The notes under the pieces: generated by a model | Seen by the model: only the letters and a program-made list of their open reading frames with translations | Told to the model about the DNA's origin: nothing | Databases searched by the model: none | Position numbers and translations under genes: made by a program | Source of the DNA: Squalus acanthias | Lineage: Eukaryota | Assembly (NCBI GenBank): GCA_030390025.1 | Contig: CM059432.1 | Coordinates: forward strand, 88,600,001 to 88,664,000 | Direction of reading: 5' to 3' | Length of the DNA stretch: 64,000 nucleotides | In this document: positions 51,756-63,158 of the stretch, one piece after another | How the letters are laid out: every line of letters begins with the position of its first letter | How positions within the stretch are numbered: the stretch's first letter is position 1

Positions 51756-53387
51756 TCTCCCTTTTTATCCCAGCTGAAACTGACTAACTCAGCACAGACC
51801 AGGAATTGAAACTGGGACCTTCCCATTTAGTATGGCACAGTACCACGTTACACAATGCATTTAGCCTCTAAACCACTGTATATCAGGGCACATCGAAAAT
51901 GATATAAAACAGCAACTACCACCTCATCTCTAATGTTTACTTCTGTGCTTCTTGATTGATTGTGTTTTATTGACTAAATAATACCATATAGAGCACAACA
52001 ACATGTCAGGCATTATAGTTTTCTCAGACTGTAAGAAAGAAAATGTCAAAGGGGGTTTTGTGCGTGATATTCAGCGGCAAAAATAGTTTTGAAGTTTGGC
52101 CCAACATTGTGCATTTTAAAAGTAAAATTATGAGATGCATTCCAGAAAATGCGAGAAAGGAAGATGTATCAATTAAACAGTAGCCATTTCAAATACATTT
52201 ATAAAATATTCTGATCACAGTCCTCTGCAGGCTTGTAAAATGAATCTAAAAATGCTGATCCTGCAGAGCTATATTATGTCCTGGGGTTAAGATTTAAAAC
52301 GTTGAGACATATAAGAATCTCACTGCTGCAAATGCAGAGTAACCGTACTTATGGATAATTCCTTGAAAACTGGAAATTATTTGAACCCAGTTTTGCAAGT
52401 GTCAATTTAATTAATAGTTTACAAGATGACAGTTATGATTTGTTTTGGATAGCTGCTCAATACTTCCATTGATTTTTTTATTAACATACTAGATGTGGTC
52501 ATCATTACTACCCCGAGGAAATCTTGAGGGGAAACTATCAGAAATTCTTTTTATTTACTAATTTTGTTACCACTGCCTTTTTTGTTACAGAGCATTGTAA
52601 ACGTACAATAGGAGCAGAATGAATAAAATAGTGATGATCCATTCAATTTTCAGATACTGATTGCAATTGTGTACCTTGGGATTTTATTTCTGCATTTATT
52701 TACTGTCTCAGTGATTTATGCACTATTTTCAGACTTCTATGAAACAGAACAATTTAATTCTACAAGATTCTGTTGAACTATGACTGTACACTAGTTTAAG
52801 CAGAGTAAACCAAGAATTAAGAACATTACTGTAATACTAACAGAATATCCCTATAAGGTTTTGAGCAGGTTTCGGTCTTTTCAGGTCATCGGGAACAGCA
52901 AATGAAGTCTGCCTGCTACTTGCTATGGGAACTATAATAAATGTACATCAAGTAAGTTTGTTAAAAAGATTTCGAATTTAATTAACATATATTAATATCA
53001 TTTAGTGACCATTTGGTCTGTGTACATTTAACTATTTAGTTGTACGTGCCTCTAAAAGAGGGCTTAGTTCAGCTTTAATTACAGCAGAAAGATTTCAGTT
53101 TAAGAAATAGACTTTTTATATTTCTTACCCTTTCATAAAATTATTGTCCTGAAGAGTGTTTGCCAAGCTTTTCTTGGTTTAGAAACACACAACATAATGG
53201 CATAAATTGTGTTCAAATATATTGAGATGTCACACTTAATGACTGTCACCTTTTAAAATTTTCAATCTTTTTTTCTCTGCTTTAGCAATTTTGCGATTGA
53301 GTCATGTTTAAGGGTTTGTTTTAAAACAAACTAAATTTACACAGGTTTAAAAAAAAACACTAGCTGCAGGCATTGGAGAATGTGTAT

Positions 53388-55768
53388 TAAAGTCACCCGA
53401 GATGGATGGGGTGTATCCAGTGTTGCTGAGGGAAGTAACGGTGCTGGCCACAATCTTCCAATCCTCCTTAGATACAGGGGTGGTGCCAGAGGACTGGAGG
53501 ATTGCAAATGTTACACCCTTGTTCAAAAAAGGGGAGAAGGATAAACCTGGCAATTACAGGCCAGGCAGTTTAACATCGGTGGTAAGGAAGCTTTTAGAAA
53601 CAATAATCCGGGAGAAAATTAACAGCCATTTGGGCAAGCATGGACTAATAAAGGAGAGCCAGCATGGATTTGTTAAGGGGAAATCATGTTTGACTAACTT
53701 GATTGATATTTGTGATAAGCTAACAGAGAGGGTGGATGAGGACAGTATAGTTGATGTTGTGTATATGAACTTTCAAAAGGCGTTTGATAAAGTACCACAT
53801 ACTAGGCTTATTAGCAAAATTGAAGCCCATGAGATAAAAGGGACAGTAGCAGCATGGATACAAAAATGGCTATGGGATAGAAAACAAAGAGTTGTGGTGA
53901 AAGACTGTTTTTCAGACTGGAGGGAGATATACAGTGGCGTTCCCCAGGGTTCAGTACTAGGACCACTGCTGTTTTGATATACATTAATGACTTGGACTTG
54001 GGGGTAGAGGGCACAATTTCAAAATTTGTAGATGACACAAAACTTGGAAGTGTAATAAACAGTGAAGAATGTAGTAATAGACTTCAAGAAGACATAGACA
54101 GGCTGGTGGAATGGGCGGACACATGGCAGATGAAATTCAATGCAGGAAAGTGTAAGGTGAAACATTGTGGTAGGAAGAATGAGGAGAGATAATACAAGCT
54201 AAATGATACAATTTTAAAGGGGGTGTAAGAACAGAGAGACCTGGGGCTATTTTGTGCACAAATCTTTGAAGGTGGCAGGACAGGTTAACAAAGCAGTTAA
54301 TAAAGCATATGGGATCCTGGGCTTTATAAATAGAGGCATAGGGCTGGATTTTCAATGACCCGTGGAGTTGGGTTTGGAGTCGGGGGGGGGGGGGGTTAAA
54401 GTTGCAGATTCGGGGGTCCCGACCCCATCCCGACTCCAACCCGCCTCCATGCCAGTTTCTCTGGCGGCGGGTACCCGACCTGGTCTGAGACCCGACTCCC
54501 CGAGGCGGGAAGGGATTAGTGACAATTAACTGCCTGTTAACAGGTGGTTAACAGGCAGTTTTTTGCATAATCCCTATTTTAAAAACAAAAGCGTGGGCTT
54601 CCTGACAGGTGGCAAACACTCCAAGTTATCGGGTCGGGCCGTGGGTCTGCAGGGGTTGGAGGGGTCGATATGTCCGGTGGGCAGGTGAGTGATGGGTGCA
54701 TGTGTGCAGAGGTAAGTGTGTAAGGTAAGTGCTAAGTGTTGGAACAAGTTTTACTTACCTTAACTTCCTCCTGCAGGTGTCAGCCCTTCAGTTCTCGGGA
54801 GTTAGAAATCTCACCGGCACAGAAAGCAGGAAAGCCGTGGACCTGTCAAAAACAGCAGCCTTCTGTTTTCTGTGCTGGAATGATGTCTAACTCAGCCTGA
54901 AAGGAAGGACTGAAGTTAGAAATCATCTTGTGAGTGTTTGACAGCTTCACAGAGCTGTCAAACGCTGATATTTTATCTGTCAAAAGCTCTTGACAGATGA
55001 AATGTCAGTCTGTGACGTCACCTGTTGCCGGGTGGCCCTTAATTGGCCTGCTGAGCCCACTGGGCGGGCTCAACAAGGTCAATCAAGGGAAAATACAATG
55101 GGTTGGCCACATCTCGATGGAGGCGGGTTCACAAGCCAGAATGTGTGATTCCCGACCCCAACACGACTCCAACTTCAAAATCCAGCCCATAGAGTACAAA
55201 AGCCAGGAAGTTATGCTAAACCTATATAAAACACTAGTTCAACCCCAGCTGGAGGACTGTGTCAAATTCTGGGCACCACACTTTAGGAAGAACGTGAAGG
55301 CTTTTGAGAGGGTAGAGATTCCAGGCATGAGGGATTATAGTTATGTGAATAGACTGGGGTTGTTCTCCTTAGAGCAGAGAAGGCTAAGAGGAAATTTGAT
55401 AGAGGTGTTTAAAATCATGAAGGGTTTAGATAGAGTAAATAAAGAGAAACTGTTTTCAATGGTTGAAGGGTTGATAACGAGAGGGCAGAGATTTAAGGTG
55501 ATTGGCAAAAGAACCAGATGCGACATGGAAAAAACCTTTTTTACGCAATGAGTGGTTAGGATTTGGAACGCTGATTGGGTGGTGGATACAGATTCAATAG
55601 TCGCCTTCAAAAGGGAATTGGACAAATATTTGAAGGAAAAATATTGCAGGGATATGGGGAATGAGTGGGGGAGTAGGACTAACTGGATTGCTCTACAAAA
55701 AAGCCGGTGCAGACTCGATGAGCCAAATGGCCTCCTTCTGTGCTGTACTATTCTATGATTCTATGATT
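53388..55768 (+). mobile_element. CR1 LINE, 5'-truncated, interrupted by a MITE
   Basis: RT motifs in ORFs 53402..53977 and 53974..54192; C-terminus 55190-55640; (ttctatga)n tail. Confidence 0.93.
54341..55188. mobile_element. Harbinger-type MITE (CCCGAC/CCCGCC family)
   Basis: TIRs GGGCTGGATTTT / AAAATCCAGCCC with a perfect ATA TSD. Removing it restores the CR1 sequence agaggcatagagtacaaaag. Confidence 0.93.
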
Positions 55769-56039
55769 GTATGAAAGCCAGATGAGCCAGTTTGGGGGAT
55801 GTCACAACCCACAACATATTTCAAAATGATACATATGAGGAACTATCATGTCATCCCAGGCCTATTAGCCAGGATAACCGGGAACTTTAAGCAATTTGTC
55901 ATCTCTTCTCATCTCAGATGGTCTGGTTGACAGGCCTGCTGACTATCCGTGCCCAGAAAGGTGTTGAGGACATCACCCCTGAGTTTGGGACCAGAATTAA
56001 CAGACAGAGAAAAGTTACAAAGGGATTCAGAGGCATTCA

Positions 56040-58455
56040 GGTATAAAAAGCTAGTATCAGTAATGGTGACCATGAAACTATCGGATTGTCGTAAAAACCC
56101 ATCTGGTTCACTAATGTTCATATCCCTCACTCTACCATTAGCATCAAGCCAGGGGACCAACCCTGGTTCAATAAGGAGTGTAGAAGAGCATGCCAGGAGC
56201 AGCACCAGGTGTGCCTAAAAATGAGGTGCCAACCTGGGGAAGCTGCAACACAGGACTACATGCATGCTAAAAAGCAGAAGCAGCATGCTATAGACAGGGC
56301 TAAGCGATCCCACTATCAACGGATCAGATCAAAGCTCTGCAGTCCTGCCACATCCAATTGTGAATGGTGGTGAACCATTAAACAACTAACGGGAGGAGGA
56401 GGCTACATGAATAGCCCCATCCTCAATGATGGTGGAGCCCAGCACGTGAGTGCAAAAGACTGGGCTGAAGCGTTTGCAACCATCTTCAGCCAGAAGAGCC
56501 GAGTGGATGATTCATATCGGCCTCCTCCTGAGGTCCCCACCATCATAGAAGCCAGTCTTCAGCCAATTCGATTCACTCCACGTGATATCAAGAAACGGCT
56601 GAGCGCACTGGATACAGCAAAGGCTATGGACCCCGACAACATCCCGGCTATTGTGCTGAAGACTTGGCCTCCAGAACTAGCCGCACCTCTAGCCAAGCTG
56701 TTCCAGTACAGCTACAACACTGGCAAATATCCGACAATGTGGAAAACTGCCCAGGTACGTTCTGTCCACAAAAAGCAGGACAAATCCAATCTGGCCAATT
56801 ACCGCCCAATCAGTCTACTCTCAATCATCAGCAAAGCGATGGAAGGTGTCGTCGGCAGTGCTATGAAGTGCCACTTACTCACCAATAGCCAGTTCACTGA
56901 TGCCCAGTTTGGGTTCTGCCAAGACCACTCGGCTCCAGACCTCATTACAGCCTTGGTCCGAACATGGACAAAGGAGCTGAATTCCAGAGGTGAGGTGAGA
57001 ATGACTGCCCTTGACATCAAGGCAGCATTTGACTGAGTGTGGCATCAAGGTGCCCTAGTAAAACTGAAGTCAATGGGAATTGGGGGTTGTTCTGGCTGTA
57101 GCTGTACTGGAATAGCTCGGCAAGAGGCGCGGCTAGTTCTGGAGCCCAAGTCTTCAGCACAATAGCCGGGATGTTGTCGGGGCCCTAAGCCTTTGCTGTA
57201 TCCAGTGCGTTCAGCCGTTTCTTGATATCACGTGGAGTGAATCGAATTGGCTGAAGACTGGCTTCTATGATGGTGGGGACCTCAGGAGGAGGCCGATATG
57301 GATCATCCACTCGGCTCTTCTGGCTGAAGATGGTTGCAAATGCTTCAGCCCAGTCTTTTGCACTCACATGCTGGGCTCCACTGGCTGCAGTCATACCAAG
57401 CACAAAGGAAGATAGTTGTGGTGGTTGGAGGTCAATCATCACAGCCCCAGGACATTGCTGCAGGAGTTCCTCAGGGCAGTGTCCTAAGCCCAACCATCTT
57501 CAGCTGCTTCATCAATTACCTTCCCTCCAACATAAGGTCAGAAATGGGGATGTTCGCCAATGACTGCACAGTGTTCAGTGCCATTCGCAACTCCTCAGAA
57601 AATGAAGCAGTCCATGCCCGCAAGCAGCAAGACCTGAAAGACATTCAGGCTTGGGCTGATAGTGGCAGGTAACATTCACGCCACACATGTGCCAGGCAAT
57701 GACTATCTCCAACAAGTGAGAGTCTAACCACTGCTCCTTGACATTCAACGGCATTACCATCGCTGAATCCCCCACCATCAACATCCTGGGGGTCACCATT
57801 GACCAGAAACTTATCTGGACCAGCCACATAAATACTGTGGCAACAAGAGCAGGTCAGAGGCTAGGTATTCTGCAGCGAGTGTCTCACCTCCTGACTCCCC
57901 AAAGCCTTTCCACCATCTACAAGGCACAAGTAAGGAGTGTGATGGAATACTCTCCACTTGCCTGGATGAGTGCAGCTCCAACAACACTCAAGAAGCTCGA
58001 CATCATCCAGGACAAAGCAGCCCGCTTGATTGGCACCCCATCCACCACCTTAAACATTCACTCCCTCCACCACCGGCATACTGTGGCTGCACTGTGTACC
58101 ATCTACAAAATGCACTGCAGCAACTGGCCAAGGCTTCTTCGGCAGCACCTCCCAAACCTGCGACCTCTACCACCTAGAAAGATAAGGGCAGCAGGCACAT
58201 GGGAACACCACCACCTCCAAGTTCCCCTCCAAGTCACACGCCATCCTGACTTGGAAGTATATCGCCGATCCTTCATCATCGCTGGGTCAAAATCCTGGAG
58301 TCCCTTCCTAACAGCCCTGTGGGAGTACCTTCACCACACGGACTGCAGCGGTTCATGAAGGCGGCTCACCACCACCTTCTCAAGGGCAATTAGGGATGGG
58401 GAATAAATGCTGGCTTTGCCAGCGACACCCAGGTCCCATGAACGATTAAAAAAAA
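56040..58455 (+). mobile_element. Short SINE-like fragment (56040-56116) joined to a 5'-truncated CR1/L2-group LINE with RT and 3'UTR
   Basis: ORFs 56407..57036, 57334..57672 and 57738..58358 (LDIKAAFD, PQGSVLSP, FANDC); 3' end aataaatgctggc...gattaaaaaaaa. Confidence 0.9.
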
Positions 58456-58744
58456 CGGTTTTGAACACAGTACTATGAGACAAATCCCTTGGTCCAGAGC
58501 TGGAAGGTAAAACTTCAAGAGGCCAATTTTGCAGTTAGACGTAGTCTGAAAGAAAAGTAATGGCAAGAGAGAAGTGAGATTGAGCTATTGGAATGGATTT
58601 TGCTTTGAATGGTACTCTGTGTGCACACTTCCTACTTGTGAAATAAAGCCATTTAATGATTCGTATCTGGCCTTGTCTTTCCAACTGTTTCTCAGTTCAC
58701 CATCCAAAAATTGGAGACATGCATGTGAGGGCACATATCCAGTT

Positions 58745-59270
58745 CAACAACAACAACAACAACTTACATTTATATAGTGCATTTAATGAAACAAAACGTC
58801 CCAAAGCACTTATCAAGAGCGATGTCAGTAAAAACATTTTTGACACTGAGCCACAGATGGAGTTATCAGGACAGATGACCAAAAGATTGTTCGAAGAGTT
58901 AGGTTTTAAGAAGCATCTGAAAGGAGGAGAGAGAGGTAGAGAGGCAGAGAGGTTTAGGGAGGGAATTCCAGTCTTAGGGACTAGGCAGGGCTGTCAATGG
59001 TGGAGCGATTACAATCAGGGATGCACAAGAGGTCAGAATTGGAGGAGCGCAGAGATCTCGAAGGCTTGTAGGGCCGGAGGAGATTACTGAGATAGGAAGG
59101 GGCGAGGCCATGGAGGGATTTAAAAACAAGGATGAGGATTTTAAAATCAAGGCGTTGTCAGACCGGGAGCCAATGTAGGTCAGCAAGCACAGGGCTGATG
59201 TGTGAACGAGACTTGGAGCGAGTTAATATACGGGCAGCAGAGTTTTTGATGAGCACAAGCTTATGTAGTT
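58745..59270 (-). mobile_element. L2 LINE 3' fragment
   Basis: (CAA)n tail followed by the cttacatttatatag.gc L2-type stem, with ORF2 C-terminal remnants. Confidence 0.8.
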
Positions 59271-59823
59271 CAGATCACAAGGGGGTCCTCTTGTTACATT
59301 CCTGGGTGATGCTATTGCATAGCTAGATACTGGGCATTACAGGCACAACCCTAAACTTAAGGGGCTAGAAATTGGGCTCCTTTGCACCTCCTGTTAGCGC
59401 CTCCAAATGGGTTTGCGACTGGGCTTGGCAATATCAATGCCTCCCGTTAAATTCAATGGGAGTTTTGCGGCGGCAGTAAGACGTTGCGCCCTGATCTCCT
59501 GCGCCCGGAGATCATGGTGTCATTGCCGTGTACAGCGCCCCGGATGAAAAATTCCCTCTCGCCCCCTGCTTGTGCGCCTACCGTTAACAACAACAAGTAG
59601 AGGAGGGGGCTTTCAGTCGGATGTCCCCTGGAGGAGCGCTATTTAAAGGTGTTCACATCAGTTTAATTTTCGTCGGCCAACAATGCTGCGTTGTCAGTTT
59701 CACATAGGCAAAGAGGCCTTTTGACCGATTTGAACGTTTTGCATTTTAACGAGTGTTCTGACACATAAAGATTCTTCAGTTTCATTGAGGGGAAATTTGA
59801 AAGTGCAATATTTGGATCCTATC

Positions 59824-61127
59824 ATGGGGGCTGTACTGGCACTGGACCACGCCCTCCAGTGTCAACGTCGGAGGCAACTGAGGCACAGAGAAAGAGTGCA
59901 AAATGTGGCTAGAGGTAGGAGGGCCAACAGGGCTCTCAACAGGAGGCCTTACACACCCAGTGTATTCCGGCAGCAGTTCTCCTACATGAATTTCACTGAG
60001 AAAGAAGAATTTTATATAAGAAGCATTTTATATAGCGCCTTTCACGACCACCGGACGTCTCAAAGCGCTTTACAGCCAATGAAGTACTTTTGGAGTGTAG
60101 TCACTGTTGTAATGTAGGAAACGCGGCAGCCAATTTGCGCTCAGCAAACTCCCACAAACAACAATGTGATAATGACCAGATAAACTGTTTTTGTTCTGTT
60201 GATTGAGTAATAAATATTGGCCAGGACACCAGGACCAGTATATTAGAAGGTTCCGCTTCAGCAAGGATGTGGTCACAGAGCTCTGCCACCTCCTGCAGCC
60301 AGACCTCAAGCCTCAGATCAGGACCACCATGGCTCTCCCAGTGGCAGTCAAGGTCACCGTTGCCCTCAATTTCTATACCAGCGGAGTGTGTGACAGGCAG
60401 CATCTCCGACATCTCCCAGTTTGCCGTCCATTGTTCCATCCACCAGGACACAGATGCTCTGTACAGAAGGAGAAGGGATTACATTTCCTTCCCCATGACC
60501 AGAGAGAAGCAGTGCAAGCGTGCATGTGGCTTTGCCAGGATAGTGGGCTTCCCCATGGTGCAGGGCGCCATTGACTGCATCCATGTCGCTTTGCGGGCAC
60601 CGCATAACAATCCTGAGGTATTCCGTAACTGCAAAGGCAACCACTCACTTAATGTGCAGTTGGTGTGGGACCACACACGGCAAATCCTGACCGTCAATGT
60701 CCGCTATCCTGGCAGCAGCCACGATGCCTTCATCCTGCGCCAGACCGGTGTGCCAGATCTATTCCAGCCACCACATCAAGCTTGCGGCTGGCTGCTGGGA
60801 GACAAGGGCTAACCGCTCTGCACCTGGCCCATGACTCCCCTCTGCATCCCCAACACTCCTGGCTAGCACTCATATAATGAGAGCCATGCTGCCACCAAGA
60901 ACATTATTGAGCAGACCATCGGAATGCTCAAGCAACAGTTCCGCTGCCTTGACTGCTCGGGAGGAGCCCTCCAGTACTCGGCTGAGTGGGTGTCACTTTT
61001 CATCGTCGTCTGCTGCATGCTACACAACTTGGCCATTATGAGGGCGCAGCCATTGCCACCAAGCATAACTCCACCATTTCAGGAGGAGGAGGAGGACGAC
61101 AAGGACGAGGAGGAGGAGGAGGAATAA
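59824..61127 (+). pseudogene. Harbinger DDE transposase, interrupted by a SINE and frameshifts/stops
   Basis: [48 protein letters not shown] and an acidic tail. Confidence 0.93.
60001..60230 (-). mobile_element. Deu-domain-type SINE 3' half inserted in the transposase
   Basis: It interrupts ...MNFTE|DQYIRRFRF and carries an L2-like tail (tttatatagcgcctttcacgacc). Confidence 0.8.
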
Positions 61128-61518
61128 GAGGAGCAGGAGGAACAGGAGGACGAACAGTAGCAACGGAGGAGGCAGCCACTCAATCGGTGTTCTGCAAGGT
61201 CAGTCTTCTTTCCGGTTGCTGAGCGCGTTGCCATCATTCCATCACGTTGTGATTCCAAACCCACACCCCAGAACTGAAATGAGACACAGCACCAAACCTG
61301 CAATATTCCAGTAATAAATTTATCAAAAACCATTAACCACATATATACAACAACAATATTGACTAATCACCCTTGTGCAAATCCTTGCCTCCCTTCTTTA
61401 CTGTCCCCTTTCCTAATCTAGTGCTCCTATGTAGTGTCTCCCCAGTGGCTGCAGCAGGGCTGGTGGAAGGCTGCTAATAGTCGGTGCTGGAGACTACAGA
61501 TGGTCTTGCAGGATGCCC

Positions 61519-63158
61519 TCAACCAGCTCTGGGCCTGGCAGGCCCGGCTGTACACTGCGCCACCTTAGGCTGGGCAGCAGCAGTCTGGGCTGGCTGGCTG
61601 TCGGGCAGCGACAAGTGCAATGGCGGAATGCCACTGGTGGGAACAGGAATGCTGTCATCCTGAGAGAGGACAGCAGGTTCCTGCTCCACTGACCCACACC
61701 CACTCCCCTTGGGCAGCACCTCAGCATCCTGTAGCACAGATTGCTGGCCTGCTGCGACACCGTGAGATCCCCGGTGGACTGTGGTGGACCCAGCCATGAT
61801 GGCAGCAGTCAGATCTTTCATGGCATCAATATGAGACTGCATGAGAGCAGTCTGAGACTCGATGGCAGCAACCATTGTCTGCATTACAGTACTAAGACGT
61901 TGCGTCGCTTCTACCTGTGCTGCAATGGAAGCTGCCACATAGCCCATGACACGCGTCATGAAGTCTGGATCCACACAATCTCTCTGGGAATCCACTATCC
62001 TCTGCATGGTGTGCGCAGAGCTCTGCGCAATGTTGGAAACAGACTCCTCCACGCTCCTTACCATTGCCCAGACGCTCTTGGGCACCCTTGCCATTGCACC
62101 TATCATCTTGACCATCACCCTTCTTGTGAACGCCTCCCTATCAAGGTCCTCATCTGAGTCCTGTGCAGCAGAACTCGCGCACGAACTCGCCCTCCGGGGA
62201 GCTGGCTCCTGAGCTACTCTTTCCATCTGTCCTTGCTGCAGCCCACTCATCCCTGGTGCATCACCCAGTGCAGACCCCTCTACTAAACTTGCCTCTAAAG
62301 ATCGCGTAATGCCAGTATCTGAGCTGGTGCCTGCGGGTGAGAGATGCAGTGATGCGGTGCTTTGCTCCTCCTCCTCTTCTTCCTCATTCTCAGTGGGGGC
62401 TCAGGGATAGTCTGGTCATCTGGTTGCTGATTATCTGAAAGCATAAAGGCACAAGACCCGCGTTAAGGTGAGGGCAAGGGAGCAGGAATGCAGCAAGGAA
62501 TGCAGACATTCTCAGGAGGTGGAAAGTGAGAAAGGTTTGTGGTGTGAGGGGGAAGTGGGATGAGAGAAGGAGAGGGGCTGAAGATACCGTTTTTGCCCCC
62601 AACGGGGTTGACGGGGTTGACGTTGCCGACAGACACGGCGCATCACCCCCGCCTGTTCTCTGCTGCTCCCTCCTATCTTGGCCTGCAAGAGAAACAAATG
62701 TGTTTGAGTCAGAGTCCAGCTGTGTGTTTGGGAGATATGCCTGCCGTCGTTGAATAGCTGTGATTGTAGGCAAGGCGTGAGATGTGGATGTGAGTTTGAG
62801 TAGGTGAAGATGTTTGGTGGGTGAGTGGTGGGGGTGTGGTTGTTTGCGCAGTGTGCACAGACTGAGGTTCAGATGCTGGTGTGTAGGAGCTGGTGAAGCA
62901 TGTACTCACCTTGACCACCCGACTGAGGTTGTTGAATTTCTTGCGGCACTGTGTCAGGCTGTGTTCCACCACACTACTGGCTGAGACCTCCTGGGCCACT
63001 TCCCTCCACATTGCCCTGAACACCTGAGGCAATGGCCTCCTTCCAGTGGCCGGGGACAGCACTGCCCTCCTTCGCTCCACTCCAGCCACCAATACCTCCA
63101 ATGCCACGTCTGTGAACCGACGAGCTCTCTCCCTGGGAGTGGGAACAGCCATAGCCAT
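61519..63158 (-). pseudogene. Harbinger Myb/SANT-like gene, 3 exons (63158-62910, 62682-62588, 62434 to about 61519)
   Basis: RARRFTDVALEVLVAGV...MWREVAQEV...SLTQCRKKFNNL; splice sites AAG|gtgagt, ttgcag| and tttcag|; long heptad-rich C-terminal region. Confidence 0.87.

Noticed and set aside
58455..58575. Strong minus-strand splice acceptor (cttttctttcag) at about 58548 with one open frame
   Set aside because: There is no convincing donor before the adjacent LINE tail, so it cannot be supported as an exon.
61519..62250. Bacterial methyl-accepting chemotaxis-like protein or horizontal transfer
   Set aside because: The resemblance is generic heptad composition. This is exon 3 of the intron-containing Harbinger Myb gene.
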